Assembly: GCA_029547045.1 (NCBI GenBank)
Contig: JAKPQL010000076.1
Location: 1,442 to 65,441, forward strand
Direction: 5' to 3'
Length of the DNA stretch: 64,000 nt
Source: Deltaproteobacteria bacterium
GTDB lineage: Bacteria; Desulfobacterota; Desulfomonilia; UBA1062
The notes under the pieces were generated by a model. That model made no database searches, was not told the DNA's origin, and was given only the letters and a program-made list of their open reading frames with translations. Made by a program: the position numbers and the translations under genes. Shown here in pieces: positions 39,105 to 48,729 of this stretch; position 1 is the first letter of the stretch; each line of letters begins with the position of its first letter.

Positions 39105-39467
39105 TCACTCCCTGTTCCCGGTATCGCTCACCGAGATGAGAAAGAACGGGAAATGGTCCTGGACAACGTCCGTGTTCCCGGTCTCCAGGCACCACGCATA
39201 GGCTTGCTCAACGCTGATTGTCCTGACGTACCTGCCGCCGAACCACGACTCCACGCCCGGCAGGTCGTGGAACCCCGAGGTGAGCCCCCCCTCGTACACG
39301 AGGTAGTACTCGCCCTGCTCGTTGAGGTAGAGCGTCTCCGAGTCGTTCCTGAGGCTGCCCGAGTGGTCTGCGCTGGTCCATTCGGCGAGCCTGCGTGACT
39401 TGTCCGGGTTGAGTTCCTTCTCTACGAGCCGCTGCTCGACCTTTTCATAGAGGATGTCCTTGAGCAT
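39105..39467 (-). CDS. hypothetical protein (last gene of the RND operon)
   Basis: 120 aa from ATG 39467. I recognise no family. A TTG start at 39518 is an alternative. Confidence 0.45.
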   Translation of the reverse strand: MLKDILYEKVEQRLVEKELNPDKSRRLAEWTSADHSGSLRNDSETLYLNEQGEYYLVYEGGLTSGFHDLPGVESWFGGRYVRTISVEQAYAWCLETGNTDVVQDHFPFFLISVSDTGNRE

Positions 39468-39524
39468 GTGCGCACCGCCTGTGCGGGCATGATAGCGCGC
39501 AGGGCGGTCCCTGCGCAAGCCTTC

Positions 39525-39815
39525 TCAGACGATCTGCTCCATGGGCAGGACAAAGGCCTTGATGCCCGAGCGGGGATGATCCTTCTTTATGGCCCTGATG
39601 ACCTCGAGGACCGAAGGCATATCCTCGTCCTGCAGGGCGAGGAAGAGCACGCAGTTCTCGCCCGGCCAGGTGTGGGTCTGGAGCTTGGGTTCGGTCTCCA
39701 TCCCCTCTCCGCACGCCTTTTCCACCTTGGTGTATCCCTTGATGCCCGATCTCCTGATGGCGTCCATCACGTCATAGTCGGCGGCGCGTGAATAAACCAC
39801 GAAGACCATTTTCAT
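39525..39815 (-). CDS. small PII-fold-like transporter-associated protein
   Basis: 96 aa. Its ATG overlaps the RND permease stop (ATGA). MKMVFVVYSRAADYDVMDAIRRSGIKGYTKVEKACGEG... has a beta-alpha-beta pattern like small PII-like proteins found next to RND pumps. Confidence 0.55.
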   Translation of the reverse strand: MKMVFVVYSRAADYDVMDAIRRSGIKGYTKVEKACGEGMETEPKLQTHTWPGENCVLFLALQDEDMPSVLEVIRAIKKDHPRSGIKAFVLPMEQIV

Positions 39816-42800
39816 GGATTACCCCCTCCTTGCATGTTCGACAATGCCCCTCCCCTCCCCTTCATCCTGCTCCAAAGCCATTCCTTCCAGCTCTCAAAGG
39901 TGTCGTAGGCCGCGGGCACCACGGCCAGGGTGAGGAACAGTGAAGTGAGGAGCCCCCCGATGACGATGATACCCATGGGCGACCGGATGTCCGAGCCCTC
40001 ACCGATGCCGAGCGCCACGGGGAGCATGCCGAAGATCATGGCAAAGGTAGTCATGAGGATGGGCCGCAACCTCACCGGACCTGCCTGCAGGATGGCCTCG
40101 CGCCTGGACATGCCCCGTTCCCGCAGGGTGTTCGTGTAGTCCACCAGCAGGATGGAGTTCTTCTTCACCAGGCCCATGAGCAGGATCAGGCCGATGAAGC
40201 TCACGATGCTGATGGTCTTGCCCGTGATGAGCAGCGCCCCGAAGGCGCCGATGAAGGAAAGCGGCATTGCCAGCAGGACCGTGACGGGGTGCATGAAGCT
40301 CTCGAACTGGGACGCCAGCACCATGTAGGCAAGGACGATGCCCAGGACAAGGGCCAGCATGAGAAAGAGGAACGATTCCTTCATGGTCTCGGCCTGCCCC
40401 ACGTAGGCGGTGTTGTAATCCGGCGGCAGGATCTTCGCAGAGATGGAATCGAGGGCGTCCATGGCCTCGGCAAGAGGCTTGTTCTCGAGGTTCGCGAAGA
40501 CCCAGATGGAGCGCTGCCGGTTGTATCGGCTGATGCTGGTGGGCCCCCCGCCCTCCTCGATGCGCACGATGTTGGAGAGCTCCACCATGCTCCCGTCCCG
40601 GGACCGCACGCTGATGCGTCCGAGGTCAGCGGGGTTCATCCTGTCCTGGGGATTCAGCCGCATCCGCACGTCGTAGCGCCTGGAGCGCGTCTCGTCCTTG
40701 AACTTTGTGATCTCCACCTCGCCGCTGAAGAGCAGGTTCACCGCCTCTGCGATGGACGCCACGCTCACGCCGAGGTCAGCTGCCTTGTCGCGGTCGATGA
40801 AGACCTTGAGTTCGGGCTTGCCCGCCTCGAAGGAGGTGTCAACGTCCACGATGCCCGGCACCTTGGCGAGCTCCTTCATGACCAGCCTGGTGTTCTTCTG
40901 GAGGTTCTCCATGTCGCCGCTGCTGATGATGTACTGGATGGGCACCTCCCGGATACCCCCGCCCAGCATGGAGACCATCTCGGTGGTAGCCTTGATCCCG
41001 GGGATCACGCCCAGCGACGTACGGAGCTCGGCCATGATCTCGTGCTGTTTCAGGCTCCGCTGGTTCCTGGGAACAAGGCGGGTGAACACGACTGCCTTGT
41101 TCACCTGTCCGGAGCCCCCCTGGCCCATCCCCTGTGCGAAGAAGGCGCCGACAACCTCGGGACGGTCACGTACGATCTTCTCCGCCTCCAGGAACATTGC
41201 CCGGGCCTGGTCGAACGAGTAGTCGATGGGCGCTTCAAGCCTCACGATGAACTGGGCCTGGTCCTCTGGCGGCACGAACTCCTTGCCTATGAAGCGCACC
41301 ATGTACATGCTGAGCACGAATACGACCAGGGAGCCCGTGAGAACGAGCGCCCGGTGGTCAAGGGAGAAGGCCAGGATGGGACGGTATGCCGCCTCGATTT
41401 TCTTGTACAACCGCTCCAGGGAATCGCCGAAACGTTTCAGCACCCCGTTCGTGCCCTTGTCGTGCGCGTGAGTGGGCTTGAGAAAGATGGACGAGAGCAT
41501 GGGCGTGAGGGTAAGGGAGACCAGCAGCGAGACACCTACCGAGAACACCACGGTGAGCGCGAACTGCATGAAGAATCTCCCGATGATACCCTTCATGAAG
41601 GCCACGGGCAGGAAGATGACCATGATGGCGAGCGTGGTGGCCATGACCGCGAGCCCTATCTCGGATGTGGCGAAGGATGCGGCCTCACGCGGAGCCATGC
41701 CCTCCTCGATGTGCCGGTAGATGTTCTCGATGACGATGATGGCGTCGTCGATGAGGATGCCCACGGAGAGCGTCAGCGCCAGCATGGTGAGGTTGTTGAA
41801 GGTGAAGTCGAAGGCCCGTATCAGGGTGAAGGTTGAGATGATGGACACGGGCAGGGCCACGGCACTGATCAGCGTGGTCCTGACGTTCCTGAGGAAGATG
41901 AACACGGCCACCACGGCCAGGATGGAACCGATGACGAGGTGGTGCCGCACCTGGTCGATGGAGTCCTGGATGAAGACGGACTGGTCGAAGGCGGTATTGA
42001 TCTTCATGCCCGGCGGCAGGGTCTTATTGATGCGCTCGAGCTCTTTCTTCACGCGCCTGATGACCTGCACGGTGTTGGTTCCGGTCTGCTTCCGGATGCC
42101 GATGCCCACACAGGGCATGCCATTGTACTGGGTATAGGAGCGCCGTTCGCTCACCCCGTCCTCGGCCCGGCCGATGTCCCTGATCCTCACCAGGGTTCCC
42201 TGACGATTCGCCACCACCAGGTCGTTGAACGCCGCGGCGTCTTTGAGGTTGCCTTTGACCTTGACGGCGTACTCCTTCGTCCCGCTCTCGATGCGGCCGC
42301 CCGGCAGTTCGATGTTCTCGTGGCCGATGACTGCCGCCACCTCGTCCGGGGCGACGTTGTAGGCCTTGAGCTTGTCAAGGTCAAGCCAGATGCGGATCTG
42401 CCGGCGCTGCAGCCCTCCCAGCCACAGGGAACCCACGCCCTCGATGCGCTGGAGCTGCTCCTTGAGGATTTCGTCCGCATAGGTTGACAGCTCAGGGATG
42501 GACTTCTGGCCGGTGAGATTCAGCCACAGGATGGGTGTGGAGTCAGGGTTCACCTTCTGGATGACCGGCTCGTCGATGTCTTCGGGCAGGGATCTGCGGA
42601 CTGCGGCGATCTGCTCGCGCACGTCCTGCACGGCCAGGTCGATGTCGCGCTCCAGCTGAAACTCCACGATCATGCTGGACACGCCCTCTGAGCTCGTGGA
42701 GGTGATGGTCTTCACGCCGTTGATGGTATTGATGGCCTCCTCGATCCGGTCCGTGACGTCGATGTCCACCACCTCGGGGCTGGCGCCCTTGAGGATCGTG

Positions 42801-42943
42801 GTGACGCTCACAATGGGGAAGTCCACCTTGGGGAAGAGGTCTACGCCGATCTCCGGGTAGCTCACGATGCCCAGTACCACCAGGGCAAGGAGGACCATGG
42901 TGGCGAAGACCGGCCGCTTGATAGAGGTGTCAGAGATCCACAC
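39812..42943 (-). CDS. RND efflux transporter permease (AcrB/HAE1 family)
   Basis: 1043 aa. Starts MWISDTSIKRPVFATMV, with 12-TM/two-large-loop RND organisation. Confidence 0.93.
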   Translation of the reverse strand: MWISDTSIKRPVFATMVLLALVVLGIVSYPEIGVDLFPKVDFPIVSVTTILKGASPEVVDIDVTDRIEEAINTINGVKTITSTSSEGVSSMIVEFQLERDIDLAVQDVREQIAAVRRSLPEDIDEPVIQKVNPDSTPILWLNLTGQKSIPELSTYADEILKEQLQRIEGVGSLWLGGLQRRQIRIWLDLDKLKAYNVAPDEVAAVIGHENIELPGGRIESGTKEYAVKVKGNLKDAAAFNDLVVANRQGTLVRIRDIGRAEDGVSERRSYTQYNGMPCVGIGIRKQTGTNTVQVIRRVKKELERINKTLPPGMKINTAFDQSVFIQDSIDQVRHHLVIGSILAVVAVFIFLRNVRTTLISAVALPVSIISTFTLIRAFDFTFNNLTMLALTLSVGILIDDAIIVIENIYRHIEEGMAPREAASFATSEIGLAVMATTLAIMVIFLPVAFMKGIIGRFFMQFALTVVFSVGVSLLVSLTLTPMLSSIFLKPTHAHDKGTNGVLKRFGDSLERLYKKIEAAYRPILAFSLDHRALVLTGSLVVFVLSMYMVRFIGKEFVPPEDQAQFIVRLEAPIDYSFDQARAMFLEAEKIVRDRPEVVGAFFAQGMGQGGSGQVNKAVVFTRLVPRNQRSLKQHEIMAELRTSLGVIPGIKATTEMVSMLGGGIREVPIQYIISSGDMENLQKNTRLVMKELAKVPGIVDVDTSFEAGKPELKVFIDRDKAADLGVSVASIAEAVNLLFSGEVEITKFKDETRSRRYDVRMRLNPQDRMNPADLGRISVRSRDGSMVELSNIVRIEEGGGPTSISRYNRQRSIWVFANLENKPLAEAMDALDSISAKILPPDYNTAYVGQAETMKESFLFLMLALVLGIVLAYMVLASQFESFMHPVTVLLAMPLSFIGAFGALLITGKTISIVSFIGLILLMGLVKKNSILLVDYTNTLRERGMSRREAILQAGPVRLRPILMTTFAMIFGMLPVALGIGEGSDIRSPMGIIVIGGLLTSLFLTLAVVPAAYDTFESWKEWLWSRMKGRGGALSNMQGGGNP

Positions 42944-42983
42944 GGATGTTCATCCTTTCATGCCGGATGGCAGTGCCGGGCCT

Positions 42984-44111
42984 TCATTGCACAACGTTCA
43001 CCCTCACCCCGTCCGTCAGGGTGTTCTGGCCCACCACGATGAGCTGTTCCTTGGCCTGAAGGCCCCCGAGCACCTCCATCACCTCGCCGTATTTGCCCCC
43101 GAGTTCGAGTACCCGCTCCCGGGCAACTCCCTTTTCCAGGATAAAGACCCTCGTCCTGGTGCCCTCGTAGAGGATGGACGTGACAGGTACAACGATGGTG
43201 TCGCGTGCAGCCCCTGTATAGAGCCTCACCCGGGAAAAAATGCCCGGTTTGAGCTCCCCGGACCGGTTGGGCACCGTTGCCTCGGCCCTGAGCATGCGGC
43301 TCCGCTCGTCGAGGCTCGGGTAGATGATGCTCAGGGTCCCGGTGAACTCCTTCCGGGGATAGGGGTCTACGGTGAAGACCACGTCCTGTCTCACCTTGAG
43401 CAGGGAAATATCCTTTTCGGGCACGGAGAATACGAGCTTCAGCGGGTTGATGACCATGACGACCGCGAGCGGCTGGCCCGCCTTGATGAAATCACCCGCG
43501 TTCACCATGCGCTGCTTCACCACGCCGGAGATGGGAGATCGTATGGTGGTCTTGCCCAGGCGCTCTCTCGCCAGGTCCAGCGAGGCCCGTGCGCGCTCCA
43601 TATCCTGTCCTGCCACGTCCAGCCTGGTCTTTGCATTATCGTACTCCTGTTTGGAGATCGCCTGTTTCCCAAACAGGGCTTTCATGCGACCATACAGGGT
43701 GTCCGCGTTTTCCAGATTCGCTCTGGCCTGGCCCAGCGCCGCGTCCGCTGCCTGCACCGCGAGCCGGTAATCAATGTCGCTGATCCTCCCCAGGACCGAA
43801 CCGCTCTTGACCAATGTGCCCTCGTCCACAAGGATTTCCTTTAGGACCCCGTCAACCTCGGAGCTCACGATGACCTGGTCGTGGGGCTCAAGATTCCCCA
43901 CCGCCTCAATATAGGGTCTCAGTGACTGCTTCTGGACCGTCATGGTCTTCACGTTGAAAACCTTCTCTTCCTTGGTTTCTGGTTTCTCCCCGCACCCGGC
44001 CACAAGGACAGTGCCTGACATGAAGAAGACCGTGAGGAGGACCACAGCCGCCCTCTGCAGGGCTCTGCCGTGGCCCTGCGCACCCCCGTGACGTTTGCCA
44101 TGCCGATCCAT
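42984..44111 (-). CDS. RND efflux periplasmic adaptor (membrane fusion protein), lipoprotein
   Basis: 375 aa. Lipobox LVAGC, then coiled-coil and beta-barrel regions typical of the HlyD_D23/MFP family. Confidence 0.9.
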   Translation of the reverse strand: MDRHGKRHGGAQGHGRALQRAAVVLLTVFFMSGTVLVAGCGEKPETKEEKVFNVKTMTVQKQSLRPYIEAVGNLEPHDQVIVSSEVDGVLKEILVDEGTLVKSGSVLGRISDIDYRLAVQAADAALGQARANLENADTLYGRMKALFGKQAISKQEYDNAKTRLDVAGQDMERARASLDLARERLGKTTIRSPISGVVKQRMVNAGDFIKAGQPLAVVMVINPLKLVFSVPEKDISLLKVRQDVVFTVDPYPRKEFTGTLSIIYPSLDERSRMLRAEATVPNRSGELKPGIFSRVRLYTGAARDTIVVPVTSILYEGTRTRVFILEKGVARERVLELGGKYGEVMEVLGGLQAKEQLIVVGQNTLTDGVRVNVVQ

Positions 44112-44312
44112 CAGAACCTCCCCCCCCTTTCCTGCACCACGCCGTGAGAGAACAGCCTCCCATCGAGATGAGAACGTACGAACAAATGTTTTTGAAGTTC
44201 ATTGTCATGCCGCATCCTGCCCTGTCAAATGAAATGTCCGAAGAAATGAGAGACAGCGTCGCAGCATGTCAGGATTATTTTCATTGACCACGAGCCCTCG
44301 AAGGTATATTTA

Positions 44313-44325
44313 TACTGACACAGTA
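44313..44325. promoter_or_regulatory. candidate TetR operator palindrome in the divergent RND/tetR promoter region
   Basis: TACTG-ACA-CAGTA inverted repeat. A TATAAT box at 44333-44338 lies only 8 nt before the tetR ATG. Confidence 0.3.
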
Positions 44326-44346
44326 CATTTAGTATAATGATATAGA

Positions 44347-44931
44347 ATGAAATCTTCCAATGATGCCATCAGAGACAGGGTAATCCGCACAGTGCGCGAA
44401 CTTCTGCGCAGGCACGGCCTCAAGGGCTGGAACATGGACGACCTGGCCCGGGAAGCTGGACTTGCCAAGAACACCCTGTACAAGATCATCGGCTCCAAGG
44501 AGAGCCTCCTGGAGCAGGCCATCCTGTCCAAGATGAGGGATGATCATGCCCACATCGAGACCATCATCCAAGAAGAACAGGACTACATGACGGCAGTGGC
44601 CAGGATGACCGAGTGCTTCGCGGACCTCGTGAAGAACAACTTCGACTATGTCATTCCAAGCATCTTCCTGGAGTACCCTGATATAGAAAAGAATGTCAGA
44701 AATTCACGGAAGGAAATCCTTACGTCATTGAGCGCCTTCATCGAACGGGGGGTCGAGATCGGCCTGGTGCGCGACGACATGCCACCGGACTTCATCATCG
44801 ACCTGCTGGAGGGCATTGTCCTGCACTACTACCGCACCGGCCTCACCGGAGACCGGTTCGAGATGTCTTTCCAGTGCGCCATGGACTGCCTGGTGCACGG
44901 TTTGAAGAAGAGAGAAAACGGGCTGAGGTAA
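44347..44931 (+). CDS. TetR/AcrR family transcriptional regulator
   Basis: 194 aa. N-terminal HTH (VRELLRRHGLKGWNMDDLAREAGLAKNTLYKI). Divergent from the RND operon. Confidence 0.88.
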   Translation: MKSSNDAIRDRVIRTVRELLRRHGLKGWNMDDLAREAGLAKNTLYKIIGSKESLLEQAILSKMRDDHAHIETIIQEEQDYMTAVARMTECFADLVKNNFDYVIPSIFLEYPDIEKNVRNSRKEILTSLSAFIERGVEIGLVRDDMPPDFIIDLLEGIVLHYYRTGLTGDRFEMSFQCAMDCLVHGLKKRENGLR

Positions 44932-45004
44932 GTGATCGTCCTGTTCCGGACGCATGATCCATCAGTCACCGAGCAGCCCAATGCAATGGGGTAACGAGGT
45001 GTAT

Positions 45005-45976
45005 ATGGCAAACACGAGGAGGTTTCTCAAGAGGGGGATCCTGGCCTTCGGGCTGCTGGCCCTCATCGCTGTCCTGGCATTTCACATCGTGTCCGACAGG
45101 GGAAGGCGGGGGCTTGCCCAGGGCTTTGCCAAGGGCAACGGCCGCATGGAGGCCACCGAGGTGGACATCGCCACCAAGATACCGGGCCGTCTGGCCGAGG
45201 TCTTGGTGAAGGAGGGAGACTTGGCGCAAAAGGGCCAGGTGGTGGCCCGGATGGACACGTCAGCCCTTGATGCACAGCTCAGACAGGCCCAGGCCGAGGT
45301 GGCGCGATTGAAGCAGACACGGCTCACGGCCCTTTCCCGGGTTGAGAGCATACGACTGAGGCTGGTCCTTGCCGGCAAGGAGCTGGAGCGCTCACGGCAG
45401 CTCCACGCCCAGGGAATCGTTGCCCAGCAGCAGTATGACCGCGACCTCACGGCCAGACAGACCCTTCAGGCCGACCACGTGGCGGCCCAGTCCGCCGTGG
45501 CCGAGGTGGACGCCGCCATCACGGCGGCCCAGGCCCAGGCGGAACGTCTCCAGGTCGAGATCAGCGACTGCATGCTGAAGAGCCCCATCTCGGGGCCGGT
45601 GCTCACCCGCCTGGCCGAACCGGGAGAGGTCCTGCCCGCCGGCGGCAAGGTGCTCACCGTCGTGGACCCCACGGACATCTACATGAACGTCTACCTGTCG
45701 GATAACCTCGCAGGGGTCGTCCCGCTCGGCGCTGAAGCCAAGGTGGTGCTTGACGCCATTCCAGACAGGCCCTTCGCTGCGAGGGTGGCCTATGTCTCGG
45801 AAAAGGCCCAGTTCACGCCCAAGGAGGTCGAGGCGGTGGAGGAGCGGCAGAAGCTGGTGTTCAGGGTCACCGTGAGCTTCACCGAATACGGCGATCCCCG
45901 CCTGAAACCGGGCATGCCGGGCACCGCCTACATCCGCTTCGACCCTGCCGCGAAGTGGCCGGATAATCTGCAATGA
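45005..45976 (+). CDS. HlyD-family membrane fusion protein (YhiI-like)
   Basis: ATG 45005, N-terminal TM segment, a long coiled coil (LDAQLRQAQAEVARLKQ...), and a C-terminal beta domain. Confidence 0.85.
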   Translation: MANTRRFLKRGILAFGLLALIAVLAFHIVSDRGRRGLAQGFAKGNGRMEATEVDIATKIPGRLAEVLVKEGDLAQKGQVVARMDTSALDAQLRQAQAEVARLKQTRLTALSRVESIRLRLVLAGKELERSRQLHAQGIVAQQQYDRDLTARQTLQADHVAAQSAVAEVDAAITAAQAQAERLQVEISDCMLKSPISGPVLTRLAEPGEVLPAGGKVLTVVDPTDIYMNVYLSDNLAGVVPLGAEAKVVLDAIPDRPFAARVAYVSEKAQFTPKEVEAVEERQKLVFRVTVSFTEYGDPRLKPGMPGTAYIRFDPAAKWPDNLQ

Positions 45977-48729
45977 ACGCCCCCGTGCCTGTGCGCGAAC
46001 CCATAGCCACCCTCAGGGGACTGAGCCACCGCTACGGGAAGAAGACCGCCCTGGGCCCGGTGGATCTCGACATACCGTCCGGGTGCGAGGTGGGGTTCAT
46101 CGGACCCGATGGCGTGGGGAAATCCACCATCCTGGGCCTCATCGCGGGGCAGAAGAAGATCCAGCAGGGCTCGGTGACGGTGCTGGGCGGGGACATGCGC
46201 TCCGGCATCCACCGCCACAACGTGTGCTCCGAGATCGCCTACATCCCCCAGGGGCTCGGCCAGAACCTGTATGCCACCCTGTCCGTGTTCGAGAACGTGG
46301 ATTTCTTCGGCCGGCTCTTCGGGTTCACGCCCTCCGAACGCGAGGAGCGGATCCGCCGCCTCCTCCATGCCACCAACCTCTCACACTTTGCCGACAGGCC
46401 GGCAGGCCAGCTCTCGGGCGGCATGAAGCAGAAGCTCGGCCTGTGCTGCGCCCTGATCCACAACCCGGAGCTGCTCATCATGGACGAACCCACCACGGGC
46501 GTGGACCCCCTGTCCCGCCGCCAGTTCTGGGAGCTCGTGAAGGAGATGGGCACCCACCACGGAGGCATGAGCATCCTCGTCGCCACGGCCTATATGGAAG
46601 AGGCCGAGCACCTGGACTGGCTCGTCATGATGGAGGGCGGCCGCGTGCTTGCCGCCGGAACGCCGGCAGAGCTGAAGGCGCTGACCGCCACCACCACCAT
46701 CGAGGCCGCCTACATAGCCCTGCTCCCCGAGGAGATGCGCGCGGGACACCGCACCTTCGTGGCCGTCGAGCGCGTCGACCATCACGACGGCTCGGCCATC
46801 GAGGCGCACCATCTCACCAAGCGCTTCGGCGACTTCACGGCAGTGGACGACGTGTCCTTCACCATCCCCAAGGGCGAGATCTTCGGGTTCGTGGGCTCAA
46901 ACGGCTGCGGCAAGACCACCACCATGAAGATGCTCACTGGCCTGCTCCACCCCACCCACGGGGAGGCACTCATCTTCGGGAGCACGGTGGAGGCCGGCAG
47001 CATCGAGCTCAAGAAGCGCATCGGCTACATGTCCCAGACCTTTTCGCTCTACGGCGAGCTCACGGTGCGGCAGAACCTGGACATGCACGCCCACCTCTTC
47101 GACCTGAGCGCGGAGGAGGTGCCGGCGCGGGTCGATGAGATGGCCCGCACCTTCGAGCTCACCCAGGTCATGGAGGACCGCACGGAAAGCCTGCCCCTGG
47201 GGATCCGGCAGCGCCTCTCGCTCGCCGTGGCGACCATCCACTCCCCGGAGATTCTCATCCTCGACGAGCCGACCTCAGGGGTGGACCCGGTGGCCAGGGA
47301 CCACTTCTGGGAGCTGCTCGTCAAGCTTTCCAGGGAGAACGGCGTAACCATCTTCGTGACCACCCACTACATGAACGAGGCCTTCCGCTGCGACCGGGTG
47401 GCCCTCATGAGCATGGGGCGGGTGCTGGCCTGCGCGGCCCCGGACGAGCTCATCGCCATGCGCGGGTGCTCCACCCTGGAGCAGGCCTTCATCGCCTTCA
47501 TGAAGGATGACATCATGATGCACGGCGGCATGCTCGATGCGGACGACGAGAAGCAGAGCATACCCTTCATGCTCGCCCCTGAGCGGGAACACAGGCAGGG
47601 ACGGATCTTCGACATCCACCGTCTGGCCGCCCTTGCCAGGAGGGAGACCGTGGAGCTGTTCCGGGACCCGGTGCGACTCGTCACGTCCTTCATCGTCGCC
47701 CCCTTCCTCCTCATCGTGTTCGGGTTCGGCATCTCCACGGACATCGAGAAGATCACCTTCAGCACCCTGGACTACGACCAGAAGCCCTGGGGCAGGGAAT
47801 ACCTGGAGTACTATGCCGGCTCCCGCCTCTTCAGCGAGACCCCTGCCATCGACTCGCCATCCCGGATCGACGAGGGGTTCCGGAAAAGCGAGTTCAAGTT
47901 CGTCGTGGAGCTACCGCCCGGGTTCGAAGAGGACATCAAACGCGGCAGGTGCCCCACGGTGGGCATCTGGATCGACGGCACCATGCCGTTCCGAGCAGAG
48001 ACCACCAAGAACTACGTGGACGCGGTGCACCTGTCCTACCTCATGGACCTTGCCGGGTACACCGGGTCCGCCGTGTCATACGCAACCGCCGACGTGGAGC
48101 CGCGGTACTGGTACAACCCCATGGTGCGCAGCCGCTTCTCCATCGTCCCCGGGCTCATGGCCGTGGTCCTCATGCTGGTCCCGTCCATGCTCACGGCCAT
48201 CGGCGTGGTGAGGGAAAAGGAGCTGGGCTCCATCACGAACTTCTACTCCAGCCCCATGACAAGGCTGGAATTCCTCTGGGGCAAGCAGATCCCCTACGTC
48301 GTGCTGAACTCCATCAGCTTCCTCATCCTGGTGGCCACCATCATGTTCCTGTTCCAGCTCCCCTTCCGGGGAAGCTGGACCGCCCTGTGCTTGGGCGCGT
48401 TCCTGTACATCGTGACCAGCACCGGCGTCGGGCTCCTCATCTCCACCTTCACCCAGACGCAGATCGCCGCACTGGTGGCCGCCTTCGTCATCACCATCGT
48501 ACCGTCCTTCGAGTTCTCCGGGCTCACCACCCCTGTTTCGGCGCTCGTGGGGGGGGCCGAGGTGATGTCGTGGATCTTCCCCGCGCGCTATTTCCTGAGC
48601 ATCAGCGTGGGCACGTTCACCAAGGGTATCGGGTTCGCGGAGCTCGGCATGAACTTTGTGTACCTCCTGACGGCGTACGTGATCATCCAGACCATGACGG
48701 TATTCCTCCTGAAGAAACAGGGTGCGTAG
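45973..48729 (+). CDS. fused double-ATPase + ABC-2 permease (RbbA/YhiH-like)
   Basis: 918 aa. Two ABC cassettes (GPDGVGKST...LSGGMKQK; GSNGCGKTT...) followed by an ABC-2 membrane domain. The start overlaps the upstream stop (ATGA-type coupling). Confidence 0.88.
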   Translation: MNAPVPVREPIATLRGLSHRYGKKTALGPVDLDIPSGCEVGFIGPDGVGKSTILGLIAGQKKIQQGSVTVLGGDMRSGIHRHNVCSEIAYIPQGLGQNLYATLSVFENVDFFGRLFGFTPSEREERIRRLLHATNLSHFADRPAGQLSGGMKQKLGLCCALIHNPELLIMDEPTTGVDPLSRRQFWELVKEMGTHHGGMSILVATAYMEEAEHLDWLVMMEGGRVLAAGTPAELKALTATTTIEAAYIALLPEEMRAGHRTFVAVERVDHHDGSAIEAHHLTKRFGDFTAVDDVSFTIPKGEIFGFVGSNGCGKTTTMKMLTGLLHPTHGEALIFGSTVEAGSIELKKRIGYMSQTFSLYGELTVRQNLDMHAHLFDLSAEEVPARVDEMARTFELTQVMEDRTESLPLGIRQRLSLAVATIHSPEILILDEPTSGVDPVARDHFWELLVKLSRENGVTIFVTTHYMNEAFRCDRVALMSMGRVLACAAPDELIAMRGCSTLEQAFIAFMKDDIMMHGGMLDADDEKQSIPFMLAPEREHRQGRIFDIHRLAALARRETVELFRDPVRLVTSFIVAPFLLIVFGFGISTDIEKITFSTLDYDQKPWGREYLEYYAGSRLFSETPAIDSPSRIDEGFRKSEFKFVVELPPGFEEDIKRGRCPTVGIWIDGTMPFRAETTKNYVDAVHLSYLMDLAGYTGSAVSYATADVEPRYWYNPMVRSRFSIVPGLMAVVLMLVPSMLTAIGVVREKELGSITNFYSSPMTRLEFLWGKQIPYVVLNSISFLILVATIMFLFQLPFRGSWTALCLGAFLYIVTSTGVGLLISTFTQTQIAALVAAFVITIVPSFEFSGLTTPVSALVGGAEVMSWIFPARYFLSISVGTFTKGIGFAELGMNFVYLLTAYVIIQTMTVFLLKKQGA

